Assembly (NCBI GenBank): GCA_009103225.1 | Contig: RHPI01002823.1 | Span: 505,104-569,103, forward strand | From: Chlorokybus atmophyticus | Taxonomy: Eukaryota > Plantae > Mesostigma and Chlorokybus algae | Direction: 5' to 3' | DNA length: 64,000 nucleotides | In this document: one piece after another, positions 48,750-61,991 of the stretch | Numbering within the stretch: the first letter of the stretch is position 1 | Layout of the letters: each line of letters begins with the position of its first letter | Notes under the pieces: generated by a model | Database searches by the model: none | What the model saw: only the letters and a program-made list of their open reading frames with translations | What the model was told of the DNA's origin: nothing | Translations under genes and position numbers: made by a program

Positions 48750-49108
48750 ACACACGACATAGGGCGCCGCTACCGGAGTCCAATGTGCCTCGGAGCGTCA
48801 AGTTGGGAGTGGTGGAATCGCAGTACGTGCGGTTCATCCGCGTGTGCACGTATCGCACTCATTTCATCAACGCTATGACGGACCTGCTCACAGCGCTGCA
48901 GTCGGAGGGCCACTTTGTGAAACGGATGTTGGCGACGCTGCGTCAACGCATGATGCGCAACAACACGTATGCGTACTGCACCCCCCCGGCATTGTTGTAC
49001 AAGATGGTGTACCTCGCTTTGCAGAAACACCGGCGCGCAAAGGCGACCATCGCAGACACTACGTCAGCGGGACCAGACAACGTGCGCGGGGAGCAGGCTG
49101 CTTGGTAA
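48750..49108 (+). mobile_element. 3' fragment of a Penelope-like retroelement (Naiad/Chlamys-type RT C-terminal domain)
   Basis: APLPESNVPRSVKLGVVESQYVRFIRVCTYRTHFINAMTDLLTALQSEGH fits the recalled PLE thumb pattern P-x2-SN-x-P-x5-G-V-x2-SQ-x2-R-x2-R-x-C-x5-F-x10-GY. Intronless, with the stop at 49106-49108. Confidence 0.65.
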
Positions 49109-49904
49109 CGCAGCCTGCCCGTGCTAAGAACACAGCCGTCCAACCCCACCACCCAACCCCACCAGCACCACCTAACTGCCAGCGCTACACAGTGCAGTGC
49201 CCTAGTGCCACAGTGCAACACTGCATGCCAGCCTGCAGAACGAGAGGCTGGGCAGAGGGGCAGGGCAGAGGGGCCTTGCCAGATCATCGGCGACAAGGGT
49301 TTGCAGTTGAGGCTACGGCACAATGACAGCAAGAAGAGGAGGGGGAGGCGGAGGAGAGAGAACAGGCGGAGCGGGGGATGAAGAAGTAGGGAAGTAGGGG
49401 AAGGACAGACGGAGAGGGAGAGAGGGAGGGAGACTGTGGGAGAGGGGGAGAGAGGGAGGGAGAGGGAGTGTGCTGCATGCTGCCTGCTGCTGTTACGCTG
49501 CACCTGGACTACCGTGGTTGACGCTGCTGCTCGTGTGTTGCACAGGTAATCAACCAACAATACGCATGTATGCATGCCTAACGGGGAGGTCTAGAGTAGG
49601 GTAGTGTGGTAGGTAAACATGCAGTCAATATAGCCCGATGGTGGTGTATGTGACTGTGTTTGCATGCTGGTTGGTATGCTATGCTGTTATCACGTCATGC
49701 ATGTCGCCAATTGTCTCGCGCATATCCTTTACATGCAGCACAAGCAACCATCAGTACACATAGCACACGCAACCGTCAGTATACATAGCACACGCAGCCA
49801 TGAGCAGTGCTGATTATAGTCTACCCTCGCTATGAGACTTCGCTCCAATAGAATAACACCGCTGATAGCATAGAAAATGAGATTACCAAACGAAATACAT
49901 GCAC

Positions 49905-50318
49905 ATGTTGGTGCCTAAGAGAATATGCTTGACCGCGATCATCATATTTTTATTTCATGTAATTCTTGCAGGTTTTAGTGAGGGATATTCCAAGGTCGGG
50001 GGAGTAGCGTGTGACAAGTGTGGCATAACGCGTAATGCGTGTGGTGAATATGGCGTGATGGGTAAGATGTGACGCGTAATCAGCGTGACGAATGCGATAG
50101 TGCAATGAGCATGACGTAACACGCATGATGCAATGGGCGTGATAAAGCCGCGCTTATATATTCATGCTATTTACATTCAAATGCATAATATGCTCTTGAC
50201 CGTCAAGAGAATTACCTCGCCAAGAGCATACGATAGCGGAGGATAAACAATATGCTCTTGAAGGGGGTAGATTGTAGCAGCATAGCACACACCGCTTACC
50301 AACATACTTGAGGTCATA
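49905..50318. repeat. Dispersed diverged copy of the foldback element arm at 17900-18305
   Basis: Matches the reverse complement of 17900-18305, e.g. GTGCCTAAGAGAATATG vs GTGCTTAAGAGAATATG, GCGTAATCAGCGTGACG vs GCGTAATCAACGTAACG, plus GCATAATATGCTCTT and GCCAAGAGCATACGAT. Confidence 0.75.
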
Positions 50319-50688
50319 CCAACCGCCGGGCTACTTGCTGCAGAGTATGTGCATCCAGTCCACTCCATCTATGCGTGCACATTTGCCGCATCGAGTCAAC
50401 AAACTTGGATGGCACACACCGCTGTCTCAACTCAACTTCCGGAATGCCTTTGCAAAGCGGCGCCGCCCCCTTGCCCAGCGGAAACTTCCTTCCGTCTTCC
50501 ATCCACCGAAGTGGCAAGAGCAGGCGAAGCCGTCGATTGAACTGCCAGCTGCTTCTCCCCGCCCTCCGATCGGGCTGTTGCCTCTCTAAACAAACCGAAA
50601 AATCACATCAAGTACCATCCAAAAACAGCGCATTTGGCAAGTAAGGTGCAATTTGCGGGCGACAACGCGGCGGCGGCGGCGGTGGACA

Positions 50689-53292
50689 ATGGCGATGTCG
50701 TTGCAGGGGGCAATGGCCTCGTCGTCGTCGTCGTTGTCGTTGGTGGGGTCTGCATTGGTTGTCGTGGGTACTCAGTGGCCAAGCACGCCTGGCCGGCAGA
50801 GCCAGGGGCAGGGCCAGGCCAGGAGGGGTGGCGTGAGGGCAGCAGCAGCTGGGTGGAGGCGGACAGGAGGCGCCGGCGGCGCTGGCAGGCTTGTTGGTGG
50901 AGGCGAGGTGGCTGCTCGGGCCAGGGAGGTCACCGCCCGCAGCGCCTCCGACGCCATCGACGCCTCCACGTGGCCCGGGGTGGCGGTGCCAGCCGGTGGG
51001 GGCTTCGGCGACGACGATGACGCCGGACGAGGCCGAGGCGGGGGAGGAGGCGACGGCGCTGGAGGTGATGGAGCCGCTGGCGCTGGGGGGTTTGGGGGAG
51101 ACGGTGAGCATTATTATCACAAACGCATCGTCAGCACAAGTGGTGACAATTGCAACAACTGTTACAATTTGTGTAAAGCTTATTACTCCACCTGTCGCTG
51201 TAGAGGGCAGCTGGACACAGCAAGTTTATCACCCAAGCATGGATACTTTACTGTTGCCTGACAAATGCAGTGTTGGAATTGGGAGCAATTGTCTCTCCAA
51301 CTTGTACTTCACTCGACTCGACTTATGCATTCAACATCATCAACTGTGATTGACCAACTTAGCAATCAACAACAAGGGATTCTTGATGCAGCGCAATTGA
51401 CAACGAGTCTATCACAATGACTATTGTGCACATTGTCATTGTCTGTATAGTGACTGACTAGAGTTGCAAATGTTTACAATGACGACATGACAGCATCTGT
51501 GACTATGCTTATAGCTGTGTTGGTGACATGCATGCTTGGTTCCCACCTCGCCAGCACTAACTGTTTGACACCTGGCAAGTGTTGAATACCCGCGCCTTTC
51601 TGTAAGTACTGCACGCAATTGTGATGCTGTGGCTATTACTTGCAGGGCGCATGCTGGGGTTTGCAGAAGCTGCCGCACTCGCGGCTCAAAGAGGTGTTGA
51701 TCTTCCCGCGGACGTGGCCGCCATTGCCAAGTCCAGCGGCATTAGTTTAGAGTGGCTTCAACGGTACTTAGACATGCAGGTACGTCAATTGTTGTCATCA
51801 ACTTGTTTGTTGGAGCCGTGATTATTGAAGCATAGTAACAACTCTCTGTTGTTGCAATTTGATGTTGGACGCACAATTTGCATGAGCGTGTAACCAACAA
51901 CAAACATCAGCATGTTCTTGCAGGGTTTGCCGATGATGGGAGCATTGGTAAGGGGTAGCAGGATAGTGAGGGACCGCATGGTAGCGGACCCCAAGTACCT
52001 GTTCAAGGTGTTCTCCGAGGTTGCCATCGATTCGGGATGTGCCACCTTTGCGGAAGTCAAGAAGCGTGGCAAAGACTTCTGGGCTGAGGTAATATATACA
52101 AACACACACTCACGCTCGAATGCAAGTGCATTTTGGCCACCCTTATACACATAGTTGTTCAATTATCATCATCTGTGGTTTATGCACTTTGTGCTGTGAA
52201 CCCTCGATACACGACATTGTTGAGCTTCACTTATGATGGCAGCGTGCATTGTTGATTTACGGTTGATGCTAGTTGTGTGATGTTGACAGTTTGAGCTGTA
52301 CGCCTCTGATCTGCTGGTCGGTATTGTGATGGACGTTGCGATCGTGACACTGTTGGCGCCGGTGGCTGCGGCGAGCGGCAGTATGGGCTCTGCGGTTGTG
52401 GCAGGCGGCCAGTTTGCGGCGCTCTTGCGCTACCTCAACAGGCTGCCGAGCAGGTAAGCAGCGCTTGTATTGTTGCTGAGTTTGTTTAGTTGTACGAGTG
52501 TACATGTTCGTGCCGCAAAGATGGCTACGAATTAATGTTGTGATGTGTGTTGCAGTTTCTTTGAGAAAGCGCCTGTGGGGCGAGTGTTTACTGCAACTCA
52601 GCGCACCTCCACCATATTTGTCAAGGTACGTGCAACCGGGTGTAGATAGTCATGTTTGTTGATATTTGTCATGTGTTGTGTTGGCGTGTGACTGCTGGGT
52701 GCGCATGTACGCTTAGTAATACCCAGAACGTGATGTACTTGCAGGGTGGTCAATATGCTGGTCTTGGGCTAGTGGCGGGCTTCATTGGACAAGGCATTGC
52801 CAACTCAGCCATGATGGCAAAGAGGTTGGTTTCTGGGCAGAGTTTGCTGATGAACACATCATGTCGGCACAACATTCCTTACATGTTGGCATATGTTGAT
52901 GGTGCTTGTGCCGCAGACAAATGGCCGCAGAGGGCGAGTCACATATACCCGTGCCTGATCTCGGCAAGACGGCTCTTTTGTGGGGTATGCGTACTTGTGT
53001 GCAAGTTCACATGCACACGCTGTGGCAGTCACTTGTTCATCAGTAGCATGTACATTCTGTCAACTCTAAGCAAGAAGTCCTGAGCTGATGTTGGGTCTTT
53101 GTATCGTGTACAGGTGCCTTTATGGGCTTATCTTCAAACCTGCGTTACCAGCTGGTGAACGGTGCAGAGCGTGTGTTGGAGTCACGCTTTCCACAGGTCT
53201 CATACGCAGGCACAATCGCCGTCCGCTTTGCTAACAATATTTATGGCGGGATGCAGTTTGTTGACTGGGCGCGCATGTCTGGCGTGCAATAG
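50689..53292 (+). CDS. RETICULATA/RER-family chloroplast envelope protein (DUF3411)
   Basis: Transit peptide and Gly-rich segment, then RDRMVADPKYLFKVFSEVAIDSGCATFAEVKKRGKDFWAE|FELYASDLLVG and SSNLRYQLVNGAER...VRFANNIYGGMQFVDWARMSGVQ*. Confidence 0.92.
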
Positions 53293-53985
53293 TCTCTGAA
53301 TTGATTCTGTGGGGTAGGAAGTACGTGGGACGCTTAGGCACAGCATGGAGTGGTTGTTGATTGTTTGTTGGGTAGGAAGTATGGGGGATGCCTAGGCACA
53401 GGAAGGAATTGCTGATGATTATATGTGGCACGTAGTGGCGCCGCTAGACTGGAGCAAGTGGTTAGCCTATCTCTAGCTCCATTGCTTGTTTGTCATACCT
53501 CCGCTGCAAGGCAGTTGTTGTCAGCATGTGCTGACATGAGTTGTCTATAGCAGCCCTGTCTGGCTTGATGTGTTTGTGGTTCTTTTGCACAAGCACCGTC
53601 ATGCATAGTGGATTGCATACAACAGCAACACATCCAACAGAGAGCACCGTGCCTACCAGAGTGCCGGTCTCATCTCCCACAGTGCAAGACTCGACAACCC
53701 ATATCACCAAAAGTACATGACTGCCGTCCTTTGCGACAATTTGGCTGATCATCCAACCAGACCATCAAAATGTCTGCGTCACCCATACTCACTGCTGCAG
53801 CACAACCGTTTTTGTAATGTTACTGCCTGATTCAATGCTGCTGACATTGTGTTCAAAGACGGCTCCAGTTGCTGCCAAAGCTGGTTACCAAACAGAATCG
53901 TTTGGTTGGACTCGGCGTGAGGTGGCTGCCTCATCCAGACCATTTAACTTGTATGTCGCGACGTGCTCAAGTGTTATGCAAGCTG

Positions 53986-56026
53986 TCAAGATGGCAGCCA
54001 TGGCAACCCTGGCTCGGCGGTGTTGCCAAGTAGATGATGATCATGATGAAACGGGTCTGCTATCCTTCCCACGTACAACCGCCAGAAGTCCAGCAGAATC
54101 GTCACCAGCATGCCGGCCGCGAGCGAGTCCAAAGCTGCCGCGCCCACCGTCCACTCCTCCCCGACCTTCTCCTCCATCCTGTTAGGCCAATACATGTGTC
54201 CAACGTGCATGTTGTGTTATGTGCATGTAGATACAGCTACGCCATGTACACAAGCGCATGTACAGCACGCAACTTGTACAGTAGTAACGTGCATGTTTGC
54301 TGCTCTTGTTCTAGTTCTTTAGTCATCACCTTCTTGAGCAGTAAGTGTATGTTGAACAAACTACCATCGTTGTCCATGCAGTGTGCAAGCATTATTTGCA
54401 CTCACAGCCGTGCCCTCACATAGCAGGTCACAGTGTGACATTTATATTGCGAGCATTGATATGACCTCACTGACCTGTAGAACATGGGAAAGGACACAAA
54501 AAAGTAGATGGCGTAGAAAAGGGACCCCCACTTGTACATCGCCGACTTGTCCGTGAATGTGTAGTACGGGAACTGAATCATACAAACAACCCAGAACCCA
54601 TCAGCACACTAGATCACACAGCACTTGAAGGCAAACACTCCTATGCTTACGTGAGCGATGGTAAGGGTTTCCATGAAAGCTGTGGCATAGGACAGAGCAA
54701 AGACAACAAGCGCAAACACAACACTGCGCTGCCAGCTTGAAGCAGCAGCGTTGGGCTTGGACTTGTTGTCACTCACAAACCACCGGTCCACACGCCGCAG
54801 GACTATGTTGGACAAACTGTGGTAGAAGCAGAAGTACGCGTGCGTCAAGAAATAGAGGGGAATCGGCACCTGTTGGGAGTGTGAGAGACTTTTTGTTGAT
54901 GCACGTGCGCGCGTGCATCCACACTTGCATGTGTGCGTTCCATCTACCCCACTACCACGGGGTAGTGGGGTAGATCGCCAGAGTCACCTTGGATAAAACG
55001 TGTATGTCACGTGTTTGATGTGATGTTGCGTGCTTATGATCACGCAACATCTCATGTGCTTGCCTCATTGAGCTTCCATGAAGGGAAGGTGTAGGCGGCC
55101 CCCAGCAGCGTGAAGAAGTAATGTGTCCAGAAGTAATTACCAATGAAGCTAAATATGGCTATCCACACATTGGCCTGCATTCATTGCATGGTCATCACCA
55201 ACAAGACTTGTGTGCGCACGAGCACGCACGCATGCATGCACGCACACAAGTCAGCAGTCTGCTACGCTACCTTGACCCACCATCTTCTATGAATAGGCAG
55301 GTTTCGGTCGGCCTTGCCTACGATAATCAAAGGGAGAGTGAAGCACGGCACTGCTGCGAACAGGCCCACAGCCATGTACTCCGCCTTCCCAAAACCCTGA
55401 TTATTTCAATGTGAGAGAAAACTCAGGCAAGCTTGCAGTATTAGCAGAACTGACTTGAATTGTTATATTCTTGCCACATGCAACCACCCAAGGCAAGTGA
55501 CTGTACAACTTTGAATTAGCTGAGACAGAGCGACAGTGCTAGCTGCATGCGCCAAGCACATTGTGACGATGTCTGCTATGAAGCACACAAGCAACAATCC
55601 AGCTTCTTCCAAAGCACCATCTCAATGCTTGCGTCAAACAACACAGCCTGCATGTTGTATGCTGCATGGCTGTGCAAGAAACCACTGTTGTTTTGCTTGA
55701 TTCCCATCGTTGTCCCTTGTTCAGGAAGCTAGTGCTGGCAATGCTGCTGCTCTTTGAGGTGTCTACATGCATGCTGCAATAATGTGGGGACCGACAAACA
55801 CACAGGCACTCCCATGCACGTTAACATTGCTCTACACCCCCTGATCCCCCCTCACCTCATAGAGTCGCAGGCCGACCACAATGCCAAGCGCCCACACAAT
55901 CCAGAACGGCGAGTACCATAGCAGGAACGCCTCCCCCCACCGCTTGCTCGGGTTGTCGGCCGCCCACAGCCTGCGCCCTGCCCCTACCCCTCCTCCTCCT
56001 CCGCCGGCCTTGCCGCCGCCGGCCAT
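53986..56026 (-). CDS. CPI1: Cycloeucalenol cycloisomerase (cyclopropyl sterol isomerase)
   Basis: LWAADNPSKRWGEAFLLWYSPFWIVWALGIVV; VPIPLYFLTHAYFCFYH; FALSYATAFMETLTI; FPYYTFTDKSAMYKWGSLFYAIYFFVSFPM; DSLAAGMLVTILLDFWRL...GLPW. Confidence 0.93.
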
Positions 56027-57421
56027 GGTGCGGAGGGGGGACGACGCCGACGACGCCCCCGACGTCGCTGGGCAATGACACTGCAGCTGTTTGAAGGTGA
56101 CATGCTGCGAACTGACTTGCAGTATTACTTACTTAAAGCTTAGAGCTCAAGGCTTAGGCTTAGGCCAAGTGGACTGTGGGCGGCACTGTGCAATGTGTAG
56201 GACAGTGGTTACAACCCAGGGCACGCTTGTGCGTGAGGGTAGCTTGCTGTATGCTGAATACGTTGATTGCTGCTGTACTGGGATTGTGTACGAAGATTGC
56301 AATGCCGTGATGTGCTTATCGCACTAGCAGTTGCGCAGCGCATGTTCAGTTCGCACAATACGCATTTCCACTCTGAGCATGTACGTCCCAGCACCCCGTA
56401 TACAGCACGTCATACCGTAGAGACACGTACATTACAACCCACACTCACTTTTGCAAATTACTTTTCATTTCAACCTTTCGCGACAATGACTACAAAACTT
56501 TATGCTATGCATGCATTGAGATGACAGTTGACAAGGCCTACACTACCATACTAAAATTATAACCTGAGGCATGTGATAATTATTTTCAGGTTGTATTGTA
56601 TGTGTCTCTGCGGTGTATCAGGTACACATCTGCAGCTCTAGCGCTGAAGGTTCAGTTCTGGTTGTATCGCATGTGACATGCATGATCACAACAATTATTG
56701 CAACAAGGTGCTTAACAGCCATGCACATTGCGATCCAAAATGACCAATAGCAACTCCATAAATCAGTCGAGGTAGGTCATCAAACTCTAGTAACACCGTT
56801 CAACAGTGCAATCCGCAAACTAGTGTGCTGCGCATGCAATGACCATGCAAGACTCAGCAAACGCCTCTGCTTTGGGGATTGAAGCGTAAGGTCAGATTTG
56901 TCCCATCAGATCTGATGCAGTCATGCAATCAAGTCAGAGTCTGCTTTATTGAAGCACGCAACCATGAGAGTTGCTCAACCTGAGTAAAGCAACGCATCAT
57001 TCGGGTAACTCACTATGCAGTAGATAACCTATCAGCTGCATCACGGCAAGCCAGCCCCACCTTGTCGTGATCGCCATGTGCGCCATCACCCAGATGTCTC
57101 AGACGGTGCAGCATCCCATGGAGAAGGACCACTGTTGCCTTTGAACGACTGCGAGTGGCTGGATGAAGATTTTCACAGCTGAAGCTGCATTCAGATGCTG
57201 ATAGTTCAGTGATTGGGATGCATGAAGTGCGCCACTGGCACATAGCCTGATGAAAGATAAGACAATGATACGAACATACTGCACACTGTATAACCATCAA
57301 GCTCAGGTTGCAACCCACACCTGCACTTGCAGTCTTGTGGTATGCTGTTGGAAGGATGTTCAACATAGTTCTTTATCTGCAAGTCTCAAAGGGATTACTT
57401 CAAATGTGGGCGTGTGGAGTA

Positions 57422-59580
57422 TCACAGCTCTTCGTCAGCGAGGTCTGGCATCGGGAAGCGCAGGATGGCTGCGACACCGGTCAAGTTGTCCAGCTGCTGA
57501 CCAGAAGGGTGCATTGTAGAGAAGATAAACACCTGACCAGACGGCAGGAAGTTAGCGACATAATATATAAAGCGCGAACATTTTGCATACAACGCTCACC
57601 TCTCCGCCATTCTGCTTAACTTCCTCAACCAGCTGTACATAGCGCTTTCTGGTCGGCACGTTGGCATTGCGGAAGAGACTGTCTGATATCAGCAGGGTCT
57701 GTATTGCCAAGCGCTCGTGTGCAGCCTGTAAATGCATGCACGTGTTGTCAGGCCACCACTACAATGGCGTTACCTGGGAGTAATAAAGAGCATGCTTACG
57801 AGCAAGTGCAACACGCACCTCAACATGGCCAGGGCCATAGAATGCACGGGTGGCGTCATTCCCCATCATGGTATAAAAGTCGTTGAGAGCAGCAACCTCC
57901 TTGGCAGCCTTTGTGTCTTTCATCTGCGCGTTGAACCTCAGCCACATTGCTCAAGAGTGGCAGCACAAACCTGGTCTTCGCTCGCTTGAGATGGCCACAC
58001 ACATAACAATGAATAAAAGAATCCACATCTAGAAAATGATGCAGGTGCTGACCTGTCCAGCAACATGTGGGTCTGCTAGGACCTCCTTCAGCGCATGCTT
58101 GTAACCAGAAGAGCTGTGCGCTAAGATAATTCTGCCCTTGTTTTCAAGGATGCTCCTAATGTCCTGACGCTGCGCTTCCATCATCATGTACTGATAGAAA
58201 GCGTCCTTTGTAAAACCCGGGGAAGCAATCACCAAGCACTTGACTGTCTCAAAGGTGACATGCCTAACGATTGCCTGTCCAGAATTGAACACAATATCAG
58301 AACTCCACACCAACGCTCACCACAACAATGCCCACACATGCAGCTGAAAGGGCGTTCAAGCCATCAGATACAATTTTCTTGTTCTCAGCTAACCTGCAAA
58401 ACTTGTTCAAAAAACTTGGTACGGGCTTTCTCATGCCCAGCAGCAGCAGCGCCACGCTTGCGTGGAAGTGATGTTTCTATTCGTGCGCGATCAACAGTGC
58501 AGGCTGGGCCAACAAGGCACACATGTGCCAAGCCTTCTGCCATCAGCTGCCAAATCAATCACGGTTGAGTGCATGAGGACGAGTGCAGCATGTCAACTAC
58601 AAACACAGCAAGTACATACCACGGCGGCGACATCAGCAGTGGCAGCAGGGTCGCATGCAGTCTTGACTGTTCGCAACGCAACCGAGTCCCAGTTGTCTTT
58701 AGAAAGTGTAAATGCACGTTGCAGGTCCAACTCGATGGTATGATAAGCTCCAAACTGCAAGCGCGAGTGTCAATGTGTTCTTAATGGCGCACCAATTGCA
58801 CTCAATTATTCACAAGTCAATGTGCTGCCAAAAACAAGCAACATGTCGAAGCATGACTGACCTTGACGTGCTCGCTTTCAGACACATTCTTTCCGTGCAG
58901 TCGCAGCACAGCACCCGCAGCATCATATTCAACGCTCTCAACGGTAATGCAGAGCTTTAACCGCACGCGCTCGCTGTCACCTGCTCCGCCACCAGCCGTC
59001 TCCTTCTGCACCTTCCTGCCAACCAAACGTGTCATTGAAATAAAGTGCAGAACGCATGCGCCTGCTTGCATGGTCAACTGGCAGGAGGAAGTTACTAAAC
59101 AAAACTGTTATAAACCAACGCGAGCACTAAACAATAGCAACAGACTACCTGAATGTCGTCGCCAGGACACGGTCGCCTTCGCTGATGAGGTTGTAAGCAT
59201 GCCACAGGTCCTCATCTTGTTCCGGTATCATCTATGCAGCATTCAAGCATGTCAAAGGCGGCCGACATGTAAGGGCACTGAACAGCATGCGAAGCTGCAT
59301 GATGAGTGCATTGACACAGGTTGGTATGTCAAGCGCGGTGTCAAGGCATGGTCGACACATGATGAATGACCACGCTTGCGACAAGGCACTGCAACAACTG
59401 CTTGCTGTAGCGACCGTCTCTTCAGCGGGGTTCATTTTCAGTCAAGAGACTGAATCCACCAACTGCTTTTGTGGCCGCAATCTCCCATTCAACAAACTTG
59501 CATGCATCCAGCCATGCACTACTACCCACCTTGATAGAGCCGGCACCATCCTTGCCTATGTTCCGGTGCACCAGCTTCAT
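57422..59580 (-). CDS. PELO: Pelota/Dom34 ribosome rescue factor
   Basis: [17 protein letters not shown]; [21 protein letters not shown]; [10 protein letters not shown]...[15 protein letters not shown]; [13 protein letters not shown]; [14 protein letters not shown]; [31 protein letters not shown]. Confidence 0.95.
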
Positions 59581-59703
59581 TGCGCCTGCTTCTTGTCAAA
59601 ATATACCACCAGCGCATGCCTCGCTTCTGCGCCCTAATCTGTCACACGGCAGCCGCACGCGACGCAGCGATGCCACCGCCGCCGCCTACAACTACGCCCC
59701 GGC

Positions 59704-59711
59704 TAGGGTTT
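59704..59711 (-). promoter_or_regulatory. Telo-box (AAACCCTA) upstream of pelota
   Basis: TAGGGTTT on the plus strand, about 125 bp upstream of the pelota ATG. Telo-boxes are typical of plant translation-machinery promoters. Confidence 0.4.
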
Positions 59712-60342
59712 TATTGCAGTGTTCACTGCATTCACTTCATAGTCCTACTGCACTCTTGTTTTCGTGCGTCTGGAGGTTGGTTTAGGAACGGCCTGGTTAG
59801 GGCTTCAAAATGTCTAGGGACACGATGGTGTGCTAAGCACTAGCGAGACGTCGCTTGATATTGGCTTGCTGCATTTTGGTCAACTTCGCAGCAAACAGAA
59901 CAGAGATCTGCTCTATGTGCTGCTCAGCAGACTGCCAAGCGAGTATCGCTTTGCGGGTTGCAGATGAGCAAGTAACACTACTAAAACACACTGTTAGACG
60001 CGAATACCATGGAAGCAGAACAACAAGCTTATGCATACCAGGTGGACTGGAGCCAACGCAACTGCAGTGCATTGGTTGGTTTGGCCAACCCTACACATGC
60101 GCACCATGTCAGATTCTCTCTTTCTACCTCTCCTCATGGAGACTGCACACCCGCAGACAACCACCACTGCTCATTGATTCTATACCGCAGTGCAATGCAC
60201 ACATGATCAACGCAATCGTGCGGCGTCAATTGTGCAAGCTAGACATGTACAGCTTGGCAGAATCACACTTCTTGATACTACCATTCCAATAAATATCGTG
60301 GTCATATGTCGCAGCAACAATCAGCATTGCTGGTATTCATGT

Positions 60343-61823
60343 CTACAAGACAGTGCTGCATCGCCCTCGACCATCTGGCTCCCGCAAGCAATTGTCGATA
60401 GCATCAACTGCGGCAAGGATGGACGCGTCCTCACCCTTCTCAAACACAACAACAATGTTAAGTAAAGCGTCATCTGGAGGTTGTATGAGCACGATTGATG
60501 CAAGGAAACAGCGATGCTTACATTCTCTTGCCAGAAAAACTTGGTGCCGTATTTACCCTGCAACCTGCTCCAGAAGCTGCGCGGCACTTCCAAGTCCACG
60601 CCGCCGCCAACGTTGAAGTTGAGGATGTTGCCTGCCACGCAAGGTTGTCAGGCCGGTAGAGCATGCCAGCAGCTAACGCTGCGTCTGATAAGGGAACAAT
60701 ACACTACCACTGTGGAACCTTCTGCTTGTTCAGTAGCGACGCAACTGACAGACTGTTTACAGGGCAGAAAGGCAGCTAGCAGAAACTTCTATGGGATGCT
60801 TTGTCAATGTTGGTCAACACTGAAGACTATAAGCAAATGCAAAGCACAACACTTGGAGCGAAACAACCTACGCGTTAACAAAGAGGCAAGACCAACCGAT
60901 TTGTGGAACAATACTGTCACAAGCTTGTCTAGGTGAGGGTGCTTACCTGTGTTGGGGTCTGCAACAAATACAATTGTCCTATCGTCTACTCCCCAGTAGT
61001 CTTTGATAGCCAGACCTGGGAATGCGACAAGTCAACCAACATGGTCGAGCAGCTTGCATGGAAATCATGCATGCGCAAGAAACACGTGAGCTCCAGCAGC
61101 CACGCAATGCTCCCACCAACTTGAAGAGCAGTACCTGGCGTTTCAGGGTAATTCTGTGCAAGAACACGCAGCTTGTAGCCGGTGTCACGCTCCAAATCAG
61201 CAACAATCCTCTTTATCCTAGCCTCCTGCGAGGCGTAATCATACTCTGTACCACCAACCAACCACTGGCTGAAAGCAGTTGCTATAAACTTAAAGCATAC
61301 TTGCGAGTTGGTGAGGAAGCCTGCGACGTCAATGAGCGTGGTGAACTCCTTCGGCAGCAGCTCCGGCCTGTTCACGCCCTCAAGCCTCTTTGCTTGCGCC
61401 GCATTGGGAGCTAAAAGCAGGCGCATGTTAACGACAAACCTCAAGTAGGTAGAATGCAAACACAGCAGCAAATTGGCTGTGCTTGGGTGCAAGCATTGAC
61501 AGATGAATTGCTTCACGCTTGCTGCAGTTGTGAGCTGGACACGTAACATGTACACACGCAACGTGCACGCCGCTGAACCGTAGCGAAATCAAAAACTCAC
61601 CTGACAAGGTCAGCGCAAGGCTCAAAGCAGCAGCAGCCGCCACCTGGCGCAGCTTGCTTGGGCCATGCGACGTTTCGTCCTTCTGCTGGAGGCAGACAGT
61701 GGTAGTGTTGGCAGCCCTTAGCCGAGTCACGTGTTGCTTGCTCCTAGGGCGACGCGTAGGCAACACTAACAATCTGCTCAGGGGCACCGCGCATGGCGCC
61801 GCTAACCCCGCCGCCGCCGCCAT
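60343..61823 (-). CDS. Thylakoid lumenal 15.0 kDa protein 2-like (TPM domain)
   Basis: Bipartite transit peptide, then VNRPELLPKEFTTLIDVAGFL; DLERDTGYKLRVLAQNYPETP|GLAIKDYWGVDDRTIVFVADP; GNILNFNVG...RSFWSRLQGKYGTKFFWQEN|GEDASILAAVDAIDNCLREP. Confidence 0.9.
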
Positions 61824-61919
61824 CTTCGTTAGACGCAGATGAGCCACGTGGTGAACGTACAGCAAGCGCCCGAGTTATACAATTGATGGATAATTGGTTG
61901 CTCCTCGCAGGCATGTGCT

Positions 61920-61991
61920 GGGTCACTGGTCTAGTGGTATGATTCTTGCTTAGGGTGCAAGAGGTCCCGGGTTCAATTCCCGGGTGACCCC
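61920..61991 (+). tRNA. tRNA-Pro(AGG): tRNA-Pro(AGG)
   Basis: Acceptor stem GGGTCAC/GTGACCC, D arm TGGTCTAGTGG, anticodon arm CTTGC-TTAGGGT-GCAAG, T arm CCGGGTTCAATTCCCGG. Confidence 0.95.
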
